DNA from: Tubiluchus corallicola
Lineage: Eukaryota; Animalia; Priapulida
Direction of reading: 5' to 3'
Assembly: GCA_030141605.1 (NCBI GenBank)
Contig: JAQGDQ010000004.1
Location: 1,302,001-1,366,000, forward strand
DNA length: 64,000 nucleotides
Below, piece by piece: positions 40,001 through 53,900 of the stretch (position 1 is its first letter; each line of letters opens with the position of its first letter). A model generated the notes under the pieces. That model saw only the letters and a program-made list of their open reading frames with translations. It was not told the DNA's origin and made no database searches. The translations under genes were made by a program, and so were the position numbers.

Positions 40001-43000
40001 ACATGACATTATATTATTTAGCACTTTCAAAAAACCATTGCAGCTACATTTGTGATGGTACATTTCATGGTGAGCACTTGTCAAATATTGCATTTTCATT
40101 TGTTCTTTCACAAAGCATCTGCTTTTTTAGCTAAAAACTCATATATTATTTCTCAATCTCTATGGGTAAGTTTGATATTTTTCAATTTAGGAAAACTGCA
40201 ACATAGGCATTTTGTTAAAGTGATATCATTACCAGTACAGGGCTTAGAAAACGTATGTTGTGGTCTATGCCAGTTGTGTTTGTTTATAGGTATGAAGCAC
40301 TTACCTTTGTTGTACTTTACTGTGGGTATTTGATACTAATGTATTTTAATGCACGGATTCAAGAATGGTGTGAAAAGCATATAACTAGTCAAATTTTACT
40401 GGGTAAGAAATACTGGGAGTATCGTAAACTTGATAATGATGGTGAAACTGATGTTGAACAATGTAGCAATGTGAAAGTGTGCCTCACCGACTCGGAAAGC
40501 ACTCCATTACTCAAAGAAAGGCCACGGTCATATAGTACTGCAGTGAGTATTTCATTATTTGTCATATCTTTCATTGACTATTTGCTTTTAATTTGTTTAA
40601 AAAAAGTTACAAAATATAGAATTGTCTTTGTCTGAACAGCTCCATTTGTCAACTCACTAATTTACTGTATTCCTGTTAGATTTAAAGATGCCTAGATTTT
40701 TAAATTCAGCTCCATAGAAACATGTATTACATCTGAATCATTCTGTTTGCAATGCACAAATAACCCAGCACTCTAAATAACTAGTTCTTTACGATGGTAA
40801 TGATGGTGACGACGATGACGGTGATGATCAGTAATCTAAAAGTCCAGCTATTAAAATGCACTTTTGTTAGCTCATATATTTAAATGCTTAAATGTTAACT
40901 TTGCGCTTTGCTTAATAATAAATGAAACAGCAAAGCTTATGTGTGTTTCTAGTCATTTTAACTGAAAGAAACGTATTTAGAAAATGAATTACTCAACTAT
41001 GTTTTTGTATAGCATAGTACACTGAATGGGAATGTGTGTAAACTTGTGTCTTTTATGTTCTTTTTTGTCAGCAACCTTGTGTAGCTGAAACTAATCTGGT
41101 TTCTCATCGTCCACGTAGCAAAACTGTTGACATTTATCAACATCACCGTGACGATAGTATTCATCATGGCATTTATCATCATGATCATGCTACACATGGA
41201 GGAGAAGTGCTGCATGGAAATCTTTCATCAATGAGTATTTTATAAATCTTCTTTATATTTAATATTGTGTTGTTTTTGTTTATTACACTTGATTAGAATG
41301 TACTTATAAAAGCAAAAGTAACTGCTCGTTGAAACTGTTACTGTTTCATTTAAGAGTTTAGGGTTATTTTTGTGTTTATTTTCAGTTTTACACAGACGAA
41401 AATTCCATCAAGTGCATCTTTGTATCTTTGTTGTGTTTACAAGAGAACTTTGAAATTAGTAGAGTATTTATTTCAAAATTCCTTGAGCAACTTGTCAATG
41501 AACTGTAAAGATTTCAATGATATTTCAGAATCAGAAGAATATGTGTCACCTTTTGAAGTTCCTCAGTCGGTATGGAGAAGAATTCTTTGGTTTATTCTTC
41601 TGCCTGTGGTATTTCTATTTTTCTGCACCATTCCTGACTGTCGTCGACCATTTTGGCAAAATTGGTTTGTACTGACGTTCACAAACTCTGTTATCTGGAT
41701 AGCTGTACTTTCATATATAATGGTCTGGATGGTAACTATTATTGGTAAGTTCTTGTACAATATTTATAAATGAACAAATAAACAAAAAAATTATTATATT
41801 TGACTACTAATTGTTTTGTTATTTCCCAGTTTTTTGATGTTTTCCTGTGTAAGAGTGAAAATTTGTGCTTCTAGTGCAAGACTGGTCCCTGCTTGCCCAT
41901 TCTTTCATTTTTTTCTCTGAGCATTTAAATTGAATAGAATGTTGTAGAGTTTTTTGGCTACATCATTATTTATCAAATTCCTTAACGAAGCTTAAATATT
42001 CTTCTATTCTGCTCATGACTGGATGTGCCATCATATTAACACACTCATTGAAGAGGCACCTGGCCTATGATGTTTATTTTCACTTATGAATCAGTGATGT
42101 CATACATTTTGCATAATATACCACATGGATATGCTCATAAGAGTGGTATAAAACATTGCCCTTTTGTGTAACTTTAACAGTAGCTTTCTGCAATATAAAT
42201 AATTGAATTTGAGGCTATTCTGTAGATTTTCTTTTATGCATCCAAAACATGAAATGCCGAAAGTTTGAAGAAATTTAGTCTTTCTTTAGTTTTTTGTGAT
42301 TTTTTTATAGTTATTTGCTTTCTTCAGCCTTACATAAGTAATGTCATATTATGTAATGGGCTGCTTGTTATTCTGACTGCGTGTATATTGTTACATGTTG
42401 ACAGTTCTGATACTATTTGTGTTTAGGTTACACATTTGGAATACCAGATACAGTAATGGGATTAACATTCTTAGCTGCGGGAACAAGTGTGCCAGATGCA
42501 ATTGCTAGCTTACTTGTGGCTAGAGATGGTAAGCTTAAAAAATTATACCACATTACATAATTTCTTTCTTTGTTGGCATATTTATAATACTGACAACAAA
42601 ACTTTTCCTTATTACGAGATTGTTGCCACTAACATACGTTATTTTTTCAAAACAATTTTTATAATGCCTTTTTTTCTGAGAAGAGTAGTTCAGTGATGGT
42701 AAACTGAAAGCTAAAGTGGCATGTTGAAGGTCTTAGGTAAGTCTGAGTGTATATTATAAGCGGCAGGGAAAACTTTAATGTGATTAGTTATATGTGTTTG
42801 TTATAATTATAATAACTCTAAGGCTCCTAATGATTCTCTGACAGTGTATAGTCACACAATGCTGAGTAGAAGTGGCCTAAAATTTAAGAAATAAGGATGT
42901 TTTATTCTCAGAATGCAGTGGATCTCACGGTTCTATTGTTAATTTGTGCCGTTTCAGGATATGGTGATATGGCTGTGTCTAATTCTGTAGGAAGTAATGT

Positions 43001-45154
43001 GTTTGATATTTTAGTTTGTCTTGGTGTACCTTGGTTAATAAAATCTGTGGCATCTCAGGTAAGTAAAATGTTTTTTGCTTGAATTAGTAAACTAGCTAAG
43101 TTATTAAAATGAATTTGTAAAGTTGTATTAAAAAGCAATACCAGTTCAGTTTTTTAATAAACCCATTTCTTAGGCGAGAAGAAATTTAATAAAAGTTAGT
43201 AACTGTACCAGTTAATTACTTAGAAGTTATTTGTCTAGTGTTGTCATGAACCCGATATTAGGTAGCAGAATATCCTGACATTTACCAAAATTCTGATATT
43301 TCCCAATATATCGAACTGCTAATATTTGCGTAGATATGGGCCGATTTTTGCCTGCCTAAATTTCCATGAGTTACAATACTTTTTTTGTATTGATTTGCAG
43401 TACAACACATGCAGTTTCCCTATTGATATATTAACGTATACACACATGCAGAACCAACACTGTCAATGTCTTAACTGTGCTGGCCTTGATATTTTTGGCA
43501 AAATGATCTTGTACCCAATCCCCCTTCCCCCACTGTACCCAATCCCCCTTCCCCCACTCCCATTATAGAAATATAATATTTTAATGATTTTTGCTTCCCA
43601 AATTTGTTGCTCAATGCTCACCTTCAAGTCTGCAGATCACATTAAAATTTTACCAGTTTAAAAGTACGAGTTACTGTATTTCGTTATCTTGCCAACTTGG
43701 CTGATTTCTAGTGATTGATCCAACAGAATGCCTTAATGCCACTTTAGTTTAATCAGCTACAAGTACATTTACTAGTATCCAGAACTTATGAAAAAAGTTT
43801 AATTACTAGAAGCATGACTGCTTTTTGTACATTCAATAGTTAAGTAACACTGGTCATAAAAAGTACTTTGATGGATGAGATGCTTTGGGTAATGATTGTT
43901 TTTAGTTTGCTTTTATTTTTCTGTTACGTGTATTAAACTAATATAATATATATTTTAAATTTGGAACTTATGATGTTCTTGAAACTTGAAACATTCAGAA
44001 TAATGTTATTTATCTCAGTTTACGAAATCTTTAATATCAGCATTAAAATGCCAGATTTCAGTGTATTTTAGTTAAGTCCACTTTTCTTATATTACAAATT
44101 GCATATGCATACTGTAATATTTATCATAATTATTTTTAAAGTAAAGTGAAGTGTATTTACTTAAATTTATATAAAGAAGATTTGATCACATTATTCAATT
44201 AGTGCATAAGGCTAAATATTGGTATCATATCAGATAAAAAAAAACAATATTGAATAACAGTAATCAATATGAAACAGTAATAACTGTAAAGCCACAGTAA
44301 CCTTCGGAGAGAAACACATTTAAGCAATTTCAGGTTTTGTTCTGTTATCTCCTATTGTATTTACTAATAAGATGCAGCCAAGTGAACAAGTTGGAATATG
44401 CTCACATTCGATAAAACTGGCGTAAAACCAAGGACAATGCTAATGTCAACCCTTATGTACATATGCAATAGCTTTTATGTTTTACCTATAACAGATGAAG
44501 CCAACAGTGTGTAAATATATGTTTGCTTAGTTTTTTTTGTGCTAAATTATGAGATTTTGGACAGTTTTAGAAAACGAATTAATTTTATCGCTTTTTTTGC
44601 AATATGGGTTTATGGTTACAGTATTTAAGTGCCAATGAAGATTTTAGTTATTTTAGCCAAAATAGTGAAAAATTGTGGCAGTTGCAACAAGCGAAGGATT
44701 TCTGAAAAAGTTGATTTGAAAAATGAATTAAAATTGACTAAAAACTATGAGCTAAATTTGGCCGGCCAAAAACTGGAGAGCTTGTTTAATTGTATTGCAT
44801 TTTTCTAATAGAGCTAATTTAATTACTGAACCTGCATAAGACGAACATCTAATCTCTTCTGTTGTCTTTAAATCCAATTTATGCTGTAACATTACTACTG
44901 CTACACGCAATAATTGTTTTATTTAGGAGCATGTAGTTGTTATAAAGAGCTCTGGACTGACTTTTACAGCAACTGCCCTGCTGGTAACTGTGTTATTTTT
45001 GCTATTTTCTGTTCGGCTCAACAACTGGAAGTTGGATAGGAAGCATGGATTTGCTTGCTTACTTGTGTATGCTATATTTCTTGTGTTCTCTTGCTTGTAT
45101 GAGTTGAATATTTTTACTTATATCAATCCGCCAATGTGCAAAAACAATGAATAA
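37008..45154 (+). CDS. K+-dependent Na+/Ca2+ exchanger (SLC24A/NCKX3-5-like), about 511 aa from Met at 37008; true N-terminus uncertain
   Basis: Exons 37008-37191, 38709-38896, 39500-39600, 40290-40542, 41072-41234, 41529-41744, 42427-42528, 42958-43058, 44927-45154, all GT-AG and in phase. Alpha-1 repeat [18 protein letters not shown]. Alpha-2 repeat [17 protein letters not shown]...[15 protein letters not shown] retains the Asp associated with K+ dependence. Also AVVCDDYF and TIPDCRR. The paralog number cannot be assigned by eye. Confidence 0.9.
37582..38174. mobile_element. hAT-type MITE (TAGGGATG termini) in SLC24 intron 1
   Basis: Terminal inverted repeats TAGGGATGTAACAAA ... TTTGTGACATCCCTA, with subterminal GAATC/AAATC repeats. 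No 8-bp TSD is preserved. Confidence 0.75.
39386..39405. repeat. (CTG)n microsatellite
   Basis: ctgctgctgctgctgctgct, intronic. Confidence 0.9.
43510..43557. repeat. Exact 24-bp tandem duplication, C-rich
   Basis: (tgtacccaatcccccttcccccac) x2. Confidence 0.95.
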
Positions 45155-47974
45155 ATTACGAGTACCTTTAAGTAACAATGAATAATGTAATGATGTACAA
45201 TCTGTGATACTTTTTTATTTTTTTACATTTGAATTTCTTCTATGTCACATAAAATTTCAATAATTTTACAAATTTTTTTGTTTTTCAATATAAAATCATG
45301 TTGTAACTTATTACCAACAGGTGGCAGCATCAAAAGGTTTTCGTTAACTTGGCTTTGATATCTTTATGGCTATTATATTATGGTTGCAGTTAGTGGTTTC
45401 ACATGAATAATTGAATATCAATTAAACTATAGGTGCATGCGTGCAATCATTTATATTTATTGTATTATATCTTTCATACATTTCAATCAACTTTGATCTG
45501 TTAATGCATTAATGTGATATTTTTTGTTTAATCTCCTTGATATTTATATAGAAATTGAGTCCTCCATTGCAGGTTAAAATTTGTGATAAAATGTTTCTGC
45601 AGTAATCTTAATTATGTTAATGTTTTTGTGATACGGTAGTATTTATATTGCTCGAATTCTATACTGTAGTGAGTTGCCATAATAAACTAAATGGAACTGA
45701 ATTGCAGTGGTAATTTAATCATCTAGAATGGTAATAGAACATGTTTAACTGCCTGTGTCTTAATTGCTAGAGGTCAGTACAGAATTTTCTATTTCAAAAG
45801 ATTCAGGTGATGCGAGCTTCTGTAAGGCAAATTTATAAAAAATATGGTTTGTATTATTGCTGTCTAATTACAGAAGTGTACACAAAACAAAACTTGTAAT
45901 TGTTGATCTTATTTCTACTAATTTCAACTAATCTGTTTACATTCGTAATGGACAGGTTACATCTTAATTCTAATCTTTTTGCTTTTCTCTTTTTTTCTTA
46001 GTTTCAGAGATAGTGTTTATTCTATCCAACATTGATTGCTGTCTTGTGAAGTTTGCAGACATTTTGATATGTTTAGAACACTACATACAGAATGAATCAG
46101 ACGATTATGCTATACTTGTGAAAAATAACGCTTAACTGTGTGGGGCAGTCCTAGCTTATGTGATTTACTGAAAATTTGATGTTTGTTGGGTAGCTTTGGG
46201 GAATCGAAAAAGTAATTTTGTAATCTCATAATTATAATTCAATTTAGTTTGACGTTTTAATTTTTATAGAGATGGGTTAGCCCCGAGTTTACAGTGCAGC
46301 ACCACATTATTTTACAGTTATTAAGTTAAGTTTGTAATAATTGTTTACAACAGAAGCTCCAGCTATAATTCAAGTGTGACAATTTTATCGGTTAAAACAA
46401 TACTTTTTACAACTGGTGTGATTACTTGGGACATGTTACACGCTCAGTGTTAAAACTGTGATCAAACGAACAGTGATTGTTGTTAGAAATCTATCTCTAT
46501 TGACTTTTCTAAAGCTCGCACAATTTTTGTTTATTTAGTGTAGTTAGAATTATTAGGGCATTAGTACTTTTGAAATGTTTAAGCAACAAAATTTATCTAA
46601 TACTTTTATATGTAAAAACATCTTACTGAGATTACTCAAACTAATGTGAAAATTTTGATGTTTTTTAAATGAACAAGAGAATGTTTAACTATTAAACAGG
46701 CTGTTAAGTTCAATACTGAAAACTGCAATAGTAATTCAAACTTAAATAAATGCTATTAACTGAATCGACTTCAATTTTAACAAGCATTAAATATCATCTC
46801 CTATTATTGGACAAACTTTATATGACCAGAGCCCTTTATCGTTTTGTTTGATGTGCAATTGTTTTATGCAAATTTATTTTTGTACTGATGCTGTTAATGA
46901 ATATAATGTATATAATTAACAAAATACACTATATAAGAACAGGCTAATTTAGGCTAATTTTATTTTCAATAAACAATGCTTACATAGAGTCAATGCATTT
47001 TGACTTCACTTACGGTATTCACCATTTTTAAATAGTGTAAGAAACTACACATGTGCAATCGACAAATAATTCAGCAGAAAGATTCACTTTGAAATTCATG
47101 AACATTTTACGCACAAAAATGAACAGTATAATTAGACAATTAACAGAAATAAAAAATTCCTTGCTTTCAAAACCGCTTCTAATTATTCTGAATAATTAAT
47201 GTTCTTAATTATGTATTGTTAAACAGTAATTTCACAAACGGAAAATGCAAATAATAAGAATTGGTCTTTAATATCCTTGAGAATGTTATGATAACAAAGT
47301 TGCAGTACTTGTAGTAATGATGCAAAAAAGTAGAAAATTAAATGGATTTATTCTTATTAAACAGTTACTACTAAAATGTTAAAACCGTGCTTGCACTTTG
47401 ATGCTACGTAAAATCTAAATGACTTTCTAATTTACTTATGCAGAAAAGCACAAAAGGCGAGATCTAAAGTGTCAACAAATTTAGAAAATTTTCTCACCTG
47501 GAGTTATATAAGCAGTTATAACTTGGTAGCAAATACAGCAATAAATATTGCATAATGATAGCAATATGACTGTTACTGAATTTCTTTTAACCAAACATAA
47601 TAAATTATTAGCAAAATAATAATAACAGCAATGAAAACATTCACTTATACTACCAAAATTTATCTTTCATGATACTGTAAATGACAAACTACTGTATTTT
47701 GTCAGAAACGTTCATTACCAAAACATTTTTATTTTTTTTGGAAGTTAACTGTAACAATTGGTATAGACCCTTTGGTGGAGTGTGAAGCTACATAAGTAAT
47801 GAATAAGTGACAATTTTTCTTAAAACAATTTTCTTTATACCAAAACTGTAAATTTTGCCATAGAAACTGGACCATAAACTTTTTTTATATAGAGCTAGAG
47901 CTATAGCAATTGGGCAAACAAAGCAAAAATCTGATATAATATTAAACATATACAAACTTGCACGCAACTATATA

Positions 47975-50900
47975 CTATAACATGTAGTACAACTCATTCC
48001 GAAGGAATGTATTTTTGTCTTCATTAGAGACAGCTGGATATGCTGCAACCATTGAATCCTGTGCTCCAATGTATAGCGTGTTATAGATCTTCCAATAGAC
48101 ATCACGTACTTTTCGTGCCGGGTGAAATAAACCCTAATAATTAAACACATTTTGAGAAAAAATTGTAATTATTATTATAATTACCCAATAATATTATAGA
48201 TTATTTATATTTGATAAGACTCTTTGGCATAGTATAACACAGGTATTTGGAGCTGCATCAGCAATAGGCTAGTATTGATGAATCTGACAAAGAATGGCAC
48301 CAAGTTGAACACGTTTATGACAGAAAAACATCAGAACTAAAAATACAACTCGCAAGACACAGTAAGTAAAAGGGAAACATGCCAAGCATAATAACAAATA
48401 GATGGCCTGGTAAACAAGCCAAAGTCTAAGAAAGGCATGATATGCTGATGTTTAGCATGCATTAACTTTATGAATTACTCATGGTGACTATCATTTAATG
48501 TACTGAGTTGTGAAAATTTTGTAATTGTTATAGCTGGCAGCTGATGGCTTTTGTCTGATGTTTAGTCAATAGCGGTAAAATTCTTTTGTAGAACAAGCTG
48601 TCCAAAAGTGTTGAAATCTAAAGTTAAGCATTTATGGAATATTGCTTTGCAAACACGAAAAAAATCACAAATTTAGGCACAGGAGATTAAATAGATTAAA
48701 ATTTCCACAGTAAAAACTTCCCAAACCACAGTATCATCTCAAAAGTTTTCAACAGTGCTACAAAGCGAAGAGAACAGCTGAGTGGTTAGAAAATTAGCAA
48801 TTTAAGAGTTCAAGGATTATTATGATCATGTAAATATCAATGGGTATTTGTACCTAGCAACTTCAGTAACAGGTTCATGTAGAATTGTAGATGCTATGCT
48901 TTCATTATTGTGGTTGAAGGGAAACCTCTACAGTTTTCAATTTCGGAGAAGAACGCCAATTGAGATTTACATTAATTTTGGTCAAACAATTTAATTTACT
49001 TATCAGCTTGACTAATACAGACATTCATTAATTCTGTAGAAAAAAATTGTGATTCGTATTGTACTGATGGAATTTTCATGGCATTTACAAAGATAATCAT
49101 ATGTTATTTGGTGGAATGGCACCATGGTAAAAGTACAAATGACTGTTATTAATCTACTGTAACTGCGCCTGTACAAAGCAAAAAAATTATGAATGAGTTC
49201 AATGGTTCAATACTTGCTTGGGGAGTGGTGGTTTGGTTTCATTTACAACACTGATTCGGCTGTTTAAATTGTAGAGAGGTAGTGGAAATGCGGCTGGCAC
49301 CTCTGCCGAAACCAAATCTCATTCAAAAAACATAGGCTTGCTAATGAGTGAGGTTCCAATCTTGCCACAAGGATTCACATTAAGTAGGCCTCACTGTTGA
49401 ATCCTAGATTCCAGCTTGTAGCATACAGAATTGTATAGAAAATATTTAGTAAAGCATAGAAATTTTGTAAATACATTAAAACCACAAACCTGCAAAGCAT
49501 ACTGTAACATTTTCGTTGGTCCTAATGCTACCCGCAGACCCTCACTAGCGTCCATTACTGCTTGTATTACATGTGGTGATGTCTCAAATATGTTTGGCCA
49601 AACATAGTTAAGTAAATGTATTAAAGCGTCTTCACAGCCAAAGCCAAATACGCCCAATGACATGTGCTTTATTGCTGCACAGGCGGTCTGTCTGTGCACC
49701 AAATCTCTGAAAAACAAAATATTATTATGCAGACTATAATAATAATAGTCTTAGGCACAACTTGAAAATCACATTAAACGGCCTAGAAGGTTGGTCGCAC
49801 ATTATTAGATTTACACTGTTTGATGAATGCTTCCAATTTTTCAATCCTATTTTACGCCATTCTGTGATGTTGCAACTCATAACTAATACGTCTTTGTTCT
49901 CTGAGGTTATATCATTGAGATAAGAACTATGTAATACAAGAATACTGTGTGCAATTAAGTTAGCAAGGATCAGAAGTCTGCACTCCATACTTCATGTTCA
50001 TGTTGTTATTTTGTTTTTATCTTTTCAAATGTTAAATCACAATATTGAGCAATTTGTTATGCTAAAAGCAAAACAACGAGACACCTTTCTCGTCCAGAAA
50101 AAGTCTAAACTACCAAAAACTATTGTGAAGCTTACAAAATCATATTTGAAAATTATGTTCACACTTTTCTTGAAGAAAAAATAACTCCTGCAATGTCTAA
50201 CTTGGAGATGACAAAGTAAGCTATTTGCATTGGGACATGGAATTTTGTATAGCACAGAAACATTACTCTTACGGGATGTTTCGTACTAGTCTTTCGTATT
50301 ACAGAAAGTTTTAACCAAATGTCTAATGTCTAATCTCTAATGTTTATACAAAACTTGCATAATCTGCTTAGTTTAGTCAGTAGTCCATTATTCATTCCTC
50401 TAATTTGATTCATTTATTCAGTAATTCACTGTTAATTATAATCCAATTTGATTAATTTGCTCCTTAGTAATCCAGCAAAAAGTTGAATTTGAAAAATGTT
50501 AAAGACATATACCAAAAAGAAACTTGAATATGATACTAAGCTTCTACTCACCTATCCATCAAAGCATCTTCCAGAAGCGGAGTTACAGCATAAATATAAT
50601 CCTTCCCCATCTCACCAATGTACTCGAACAAAAACGACAAAGACTTTAACACTCCATTTTGCACATTCAACTCGGGCACACGATACTCATTCATTAGACC
50701 AGGCAGAACAGTAAATGGAGAGCAGGTTTCTGCCACAATCGCTATGGCAACGGTTGTACACACTCGATTTTGTCTCTCCTGAACTTTTAGATTATTTAGT
50801 AAAGTAGCAAGCACATCGTGCGGACTGAAAGAAAAACAATCAATAATTTAGATTGATTTTGGACAGGATACGAGCACTCAGTCAAACTGTGGTGCACAGG

Positions 50901-53900
50901 AATAAAACTTTTCCTAATAATTAGGTAAAACACTGAAGTTTACCGTTACCTAGTGTTAGCGTGTAACAACAATGAATGCCTTTAAGCACAAAGAAATTAA
51001 CTTGAGAGAAAAACAGAAGTAAAAAGAAACACTACCCAATTGCTTTTGCAATATATCCGAATGTGTTGACAGTAGCTCGACGAATAGCTTTCTTATGTGC
51101 TTTGAGCAATTCAAGTAATTCAAAACATATTCTCATCCATTCTCTGGCTGAGACAAATTCTGCTCCTCTATCCGCTATTCGGCCCACTAAATCTATGCAA
51201 TTCTCTTGCACTTTTTCATGCCTAAAAACACAAAGATCTTGGATAAAATATAATTTGATAAAAATATTTACAAACTTCATAAATGTATCAAAAATGCAAA
51301 ATAAGTTTGAACGATTATGCTAATTGCAGAGTAGTTAAACCTATTTAACAACCCTATTCTGTACATGTATTTAATAATACGTTGTCGAAACTGAAAAGAT
51401 ACAGACATACTTGTATTATCCCGAATCCAAGCTCTATGACTAATCAGAATCAAATTGATTTCATAAAACAATTTATGGCAATTCTAATGAAAAATTCATT
51501 AATTTGAAATCACCAATATGCTGTAAAACATACAAAAAATAGCTAAAAGAAGATATAACTATACAGACAGAGTTAGGTAACAGTGTCACTGATAGTTATG
51601 GTATTGGCTACATTTTCGATGCTAGAGCTATTTTGCTGGGTCTGCATGAATTTTTATTTTTTTCATTGTTATTGCCAAATAATAAAAATATCAAAAACTC
51701 AACAATACAACAATTTCCCAATTAACTTAAGAATGTAATAATATTGTATCTAATTATTAGCAATGTGCTAACTAAGCTGCAGATTTATAAAGCAACAACA
51801 TTATAAAATTGTAATTACTATAGAATTAATACAATTTATTGAGAATTTGTAAGTATGAAGTACTAATCTATATAAAACGATTGTGAAGATCATTTTCCAT
51901 CTTTTTTAAGTTCAGAGGTATAAGTTACCTAGCCTATTTTAATCTGTCATTTTGAAAGTAGAATGATCTAGGATAATTTCACGATTGCTTTATATAGATT
52001 AGTAACAGTTATGAAACCTGGCATATAAATCTTAGTAATGCTATCAGAAGACCTACGTCATGGTATCAGCCCACCTGTAGCTATAGCTATAGTTACCACT
52101 TAAGAACTATTGGGCATGGAATACTATTAACAATAAGAATCATACCATTACCTGTTTTTGAGGATTGGTGTAAGTCGTGGCAGTAAGTCTTTTATCGGAG
52201 GTGTCATTTTTGTCATACCAATAACATTAACAATTGCTTTTAATGCACCGAGTATGCTTCCCAGTACCTCAGGATACTCTTCACCCAAATATTCATATAA
52301 CACAACTCCCAAATGACCCATTAGCTTCTCCTAAAATTGAAAAATTAAGAACAAAATTGTGAAAAAAAAACACTAGTCAAATAGAACAGGCATTATTTTT
52401 ATAGCTTTTTCAATACCCTAGGAAAGTAACATTAATGCAAATGTAACATGTAACTTATACCATATAATAACTGCAAGGAGATAGTTAATGATTTAAGAAT
52501 ACTCTCAACTATAGACTTCTTTCTTTATTAAAATGGCAATAATAGTTCAACAAAAGGCCATGAAAATAAAGGCATGTCATAAGTGGAATAATTTTCAGAA
52601 TTTGCTAAATCAGTAAATGCCTAATGCTTTCAATCACCTGAAAACAGCTTACATTACATTATATGATGTGAGCATGGATAACTACAAACTCTGCAGTAGC
52701 TAGAAGCTAGAAGCGACTAACCTGGCTTCACTTTGCAAATGAAATACCAGTTTAACAGTCAGCTTGAAGTAACTGATTGTGGTAAAAAATTTAATTAATA
52801 AATAAGTAAAAATATATTAATATGGCAAACCTCTTGACAGGTTTTCATCACGACTGCAATTCGTGAGATAAGATCTGCTGCCTGCTGCCGTACTTTGGCT
52901 GATTTGTTGTTCAGACGCCATAGGATAGTACCACATATCTGTGGTAAATAGGGCTTCACTCGCTTGCCAAGGGTGTTAACTATTGTCCCGAAGCCATTTA
53001 ACATCACAACATCCTGTTAAAGAAATGAATCTTCATGTAACTATATTTAAAAATTAAGTTAAATACAACTATACCATAAAATGACAAAGGCAGTATTATA
53101 ATCACAGAAATTTATAATAATTTATAATCTTTGACAGCAAAATCAGAGAAAAAGACAGAAAAAATGTAACATCAAATGTAATGTACTAGCATGTAGTGAA
53201 AAACATTTCACTAGGGACACAGCAATACATTTAGTGCACATAAACAGGAAAAGTTGCATCAACGAAGCAAGAAGGCACAAAAAACAAACAAGCAAACAAA
53301 CAGTATTTGTCAGAAAGACAACTTCTATGAAATGAAGCATCAGCTAATGAAGCCATCAGTAAGGAAATAAAAAAACAGCCAAAATCAAGCGAACCCAGTT
53401 TCAGTTTTCAACACGAAAAAATGGACAATAGCAAATTAAACATTTTTTTTAATATTTAGATCATTTTGAACTTGTTTGACATAGGTATGTTAATGATAAC
53501 GACGATACATATCAATCATTATCGTGTCGATGCGGGAAATCTGTCTTTATTGTTATGGTATTGATATTATTCTACGAATATTGTTATCACATCGAATTTG
53601 GTGTACTTATTGGTGCATATCGCAATTTTTTATTCACGTACTGGAATTACACCGAAAAGTAAAAAAATGGTTATTTACAGTTTGAATAATATTTTTCATC
53701 TACTTTCTTCTTGCAATTCCGGTTGTCTTCAGTCGGTTTAGTGACATGCAGATGTTAACTGTTAAGAGCAGTATTTTAGAGCAATTACTAGTTAAGTGCA
53801 GGCAGTGCAGCTCACAGAATAATATTGATTAAACACGGAAGAAAACTTTGTCATAAATTACATGAATCTAGACATTAATCAGGAAATGGCCTACAAAAAT

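Noticed and set aside
40790-40832. GAT/GAC-rich stretch that could encode an acidic micro-exon of the NCKX loop
   Set aside because: No suitable AG acceptor before it and no convincing donor. It is more likely a decayed (GAT)n repeat.
41235-41528. Possible U12-type intron (GTATTT donor, TCCTTGAG upstream of the acceptor)
   Set aside because: The donor lacks the RTATCCTT consensus and the branch match is imperfect. I found no U12 signature at any exon boundary in the window.
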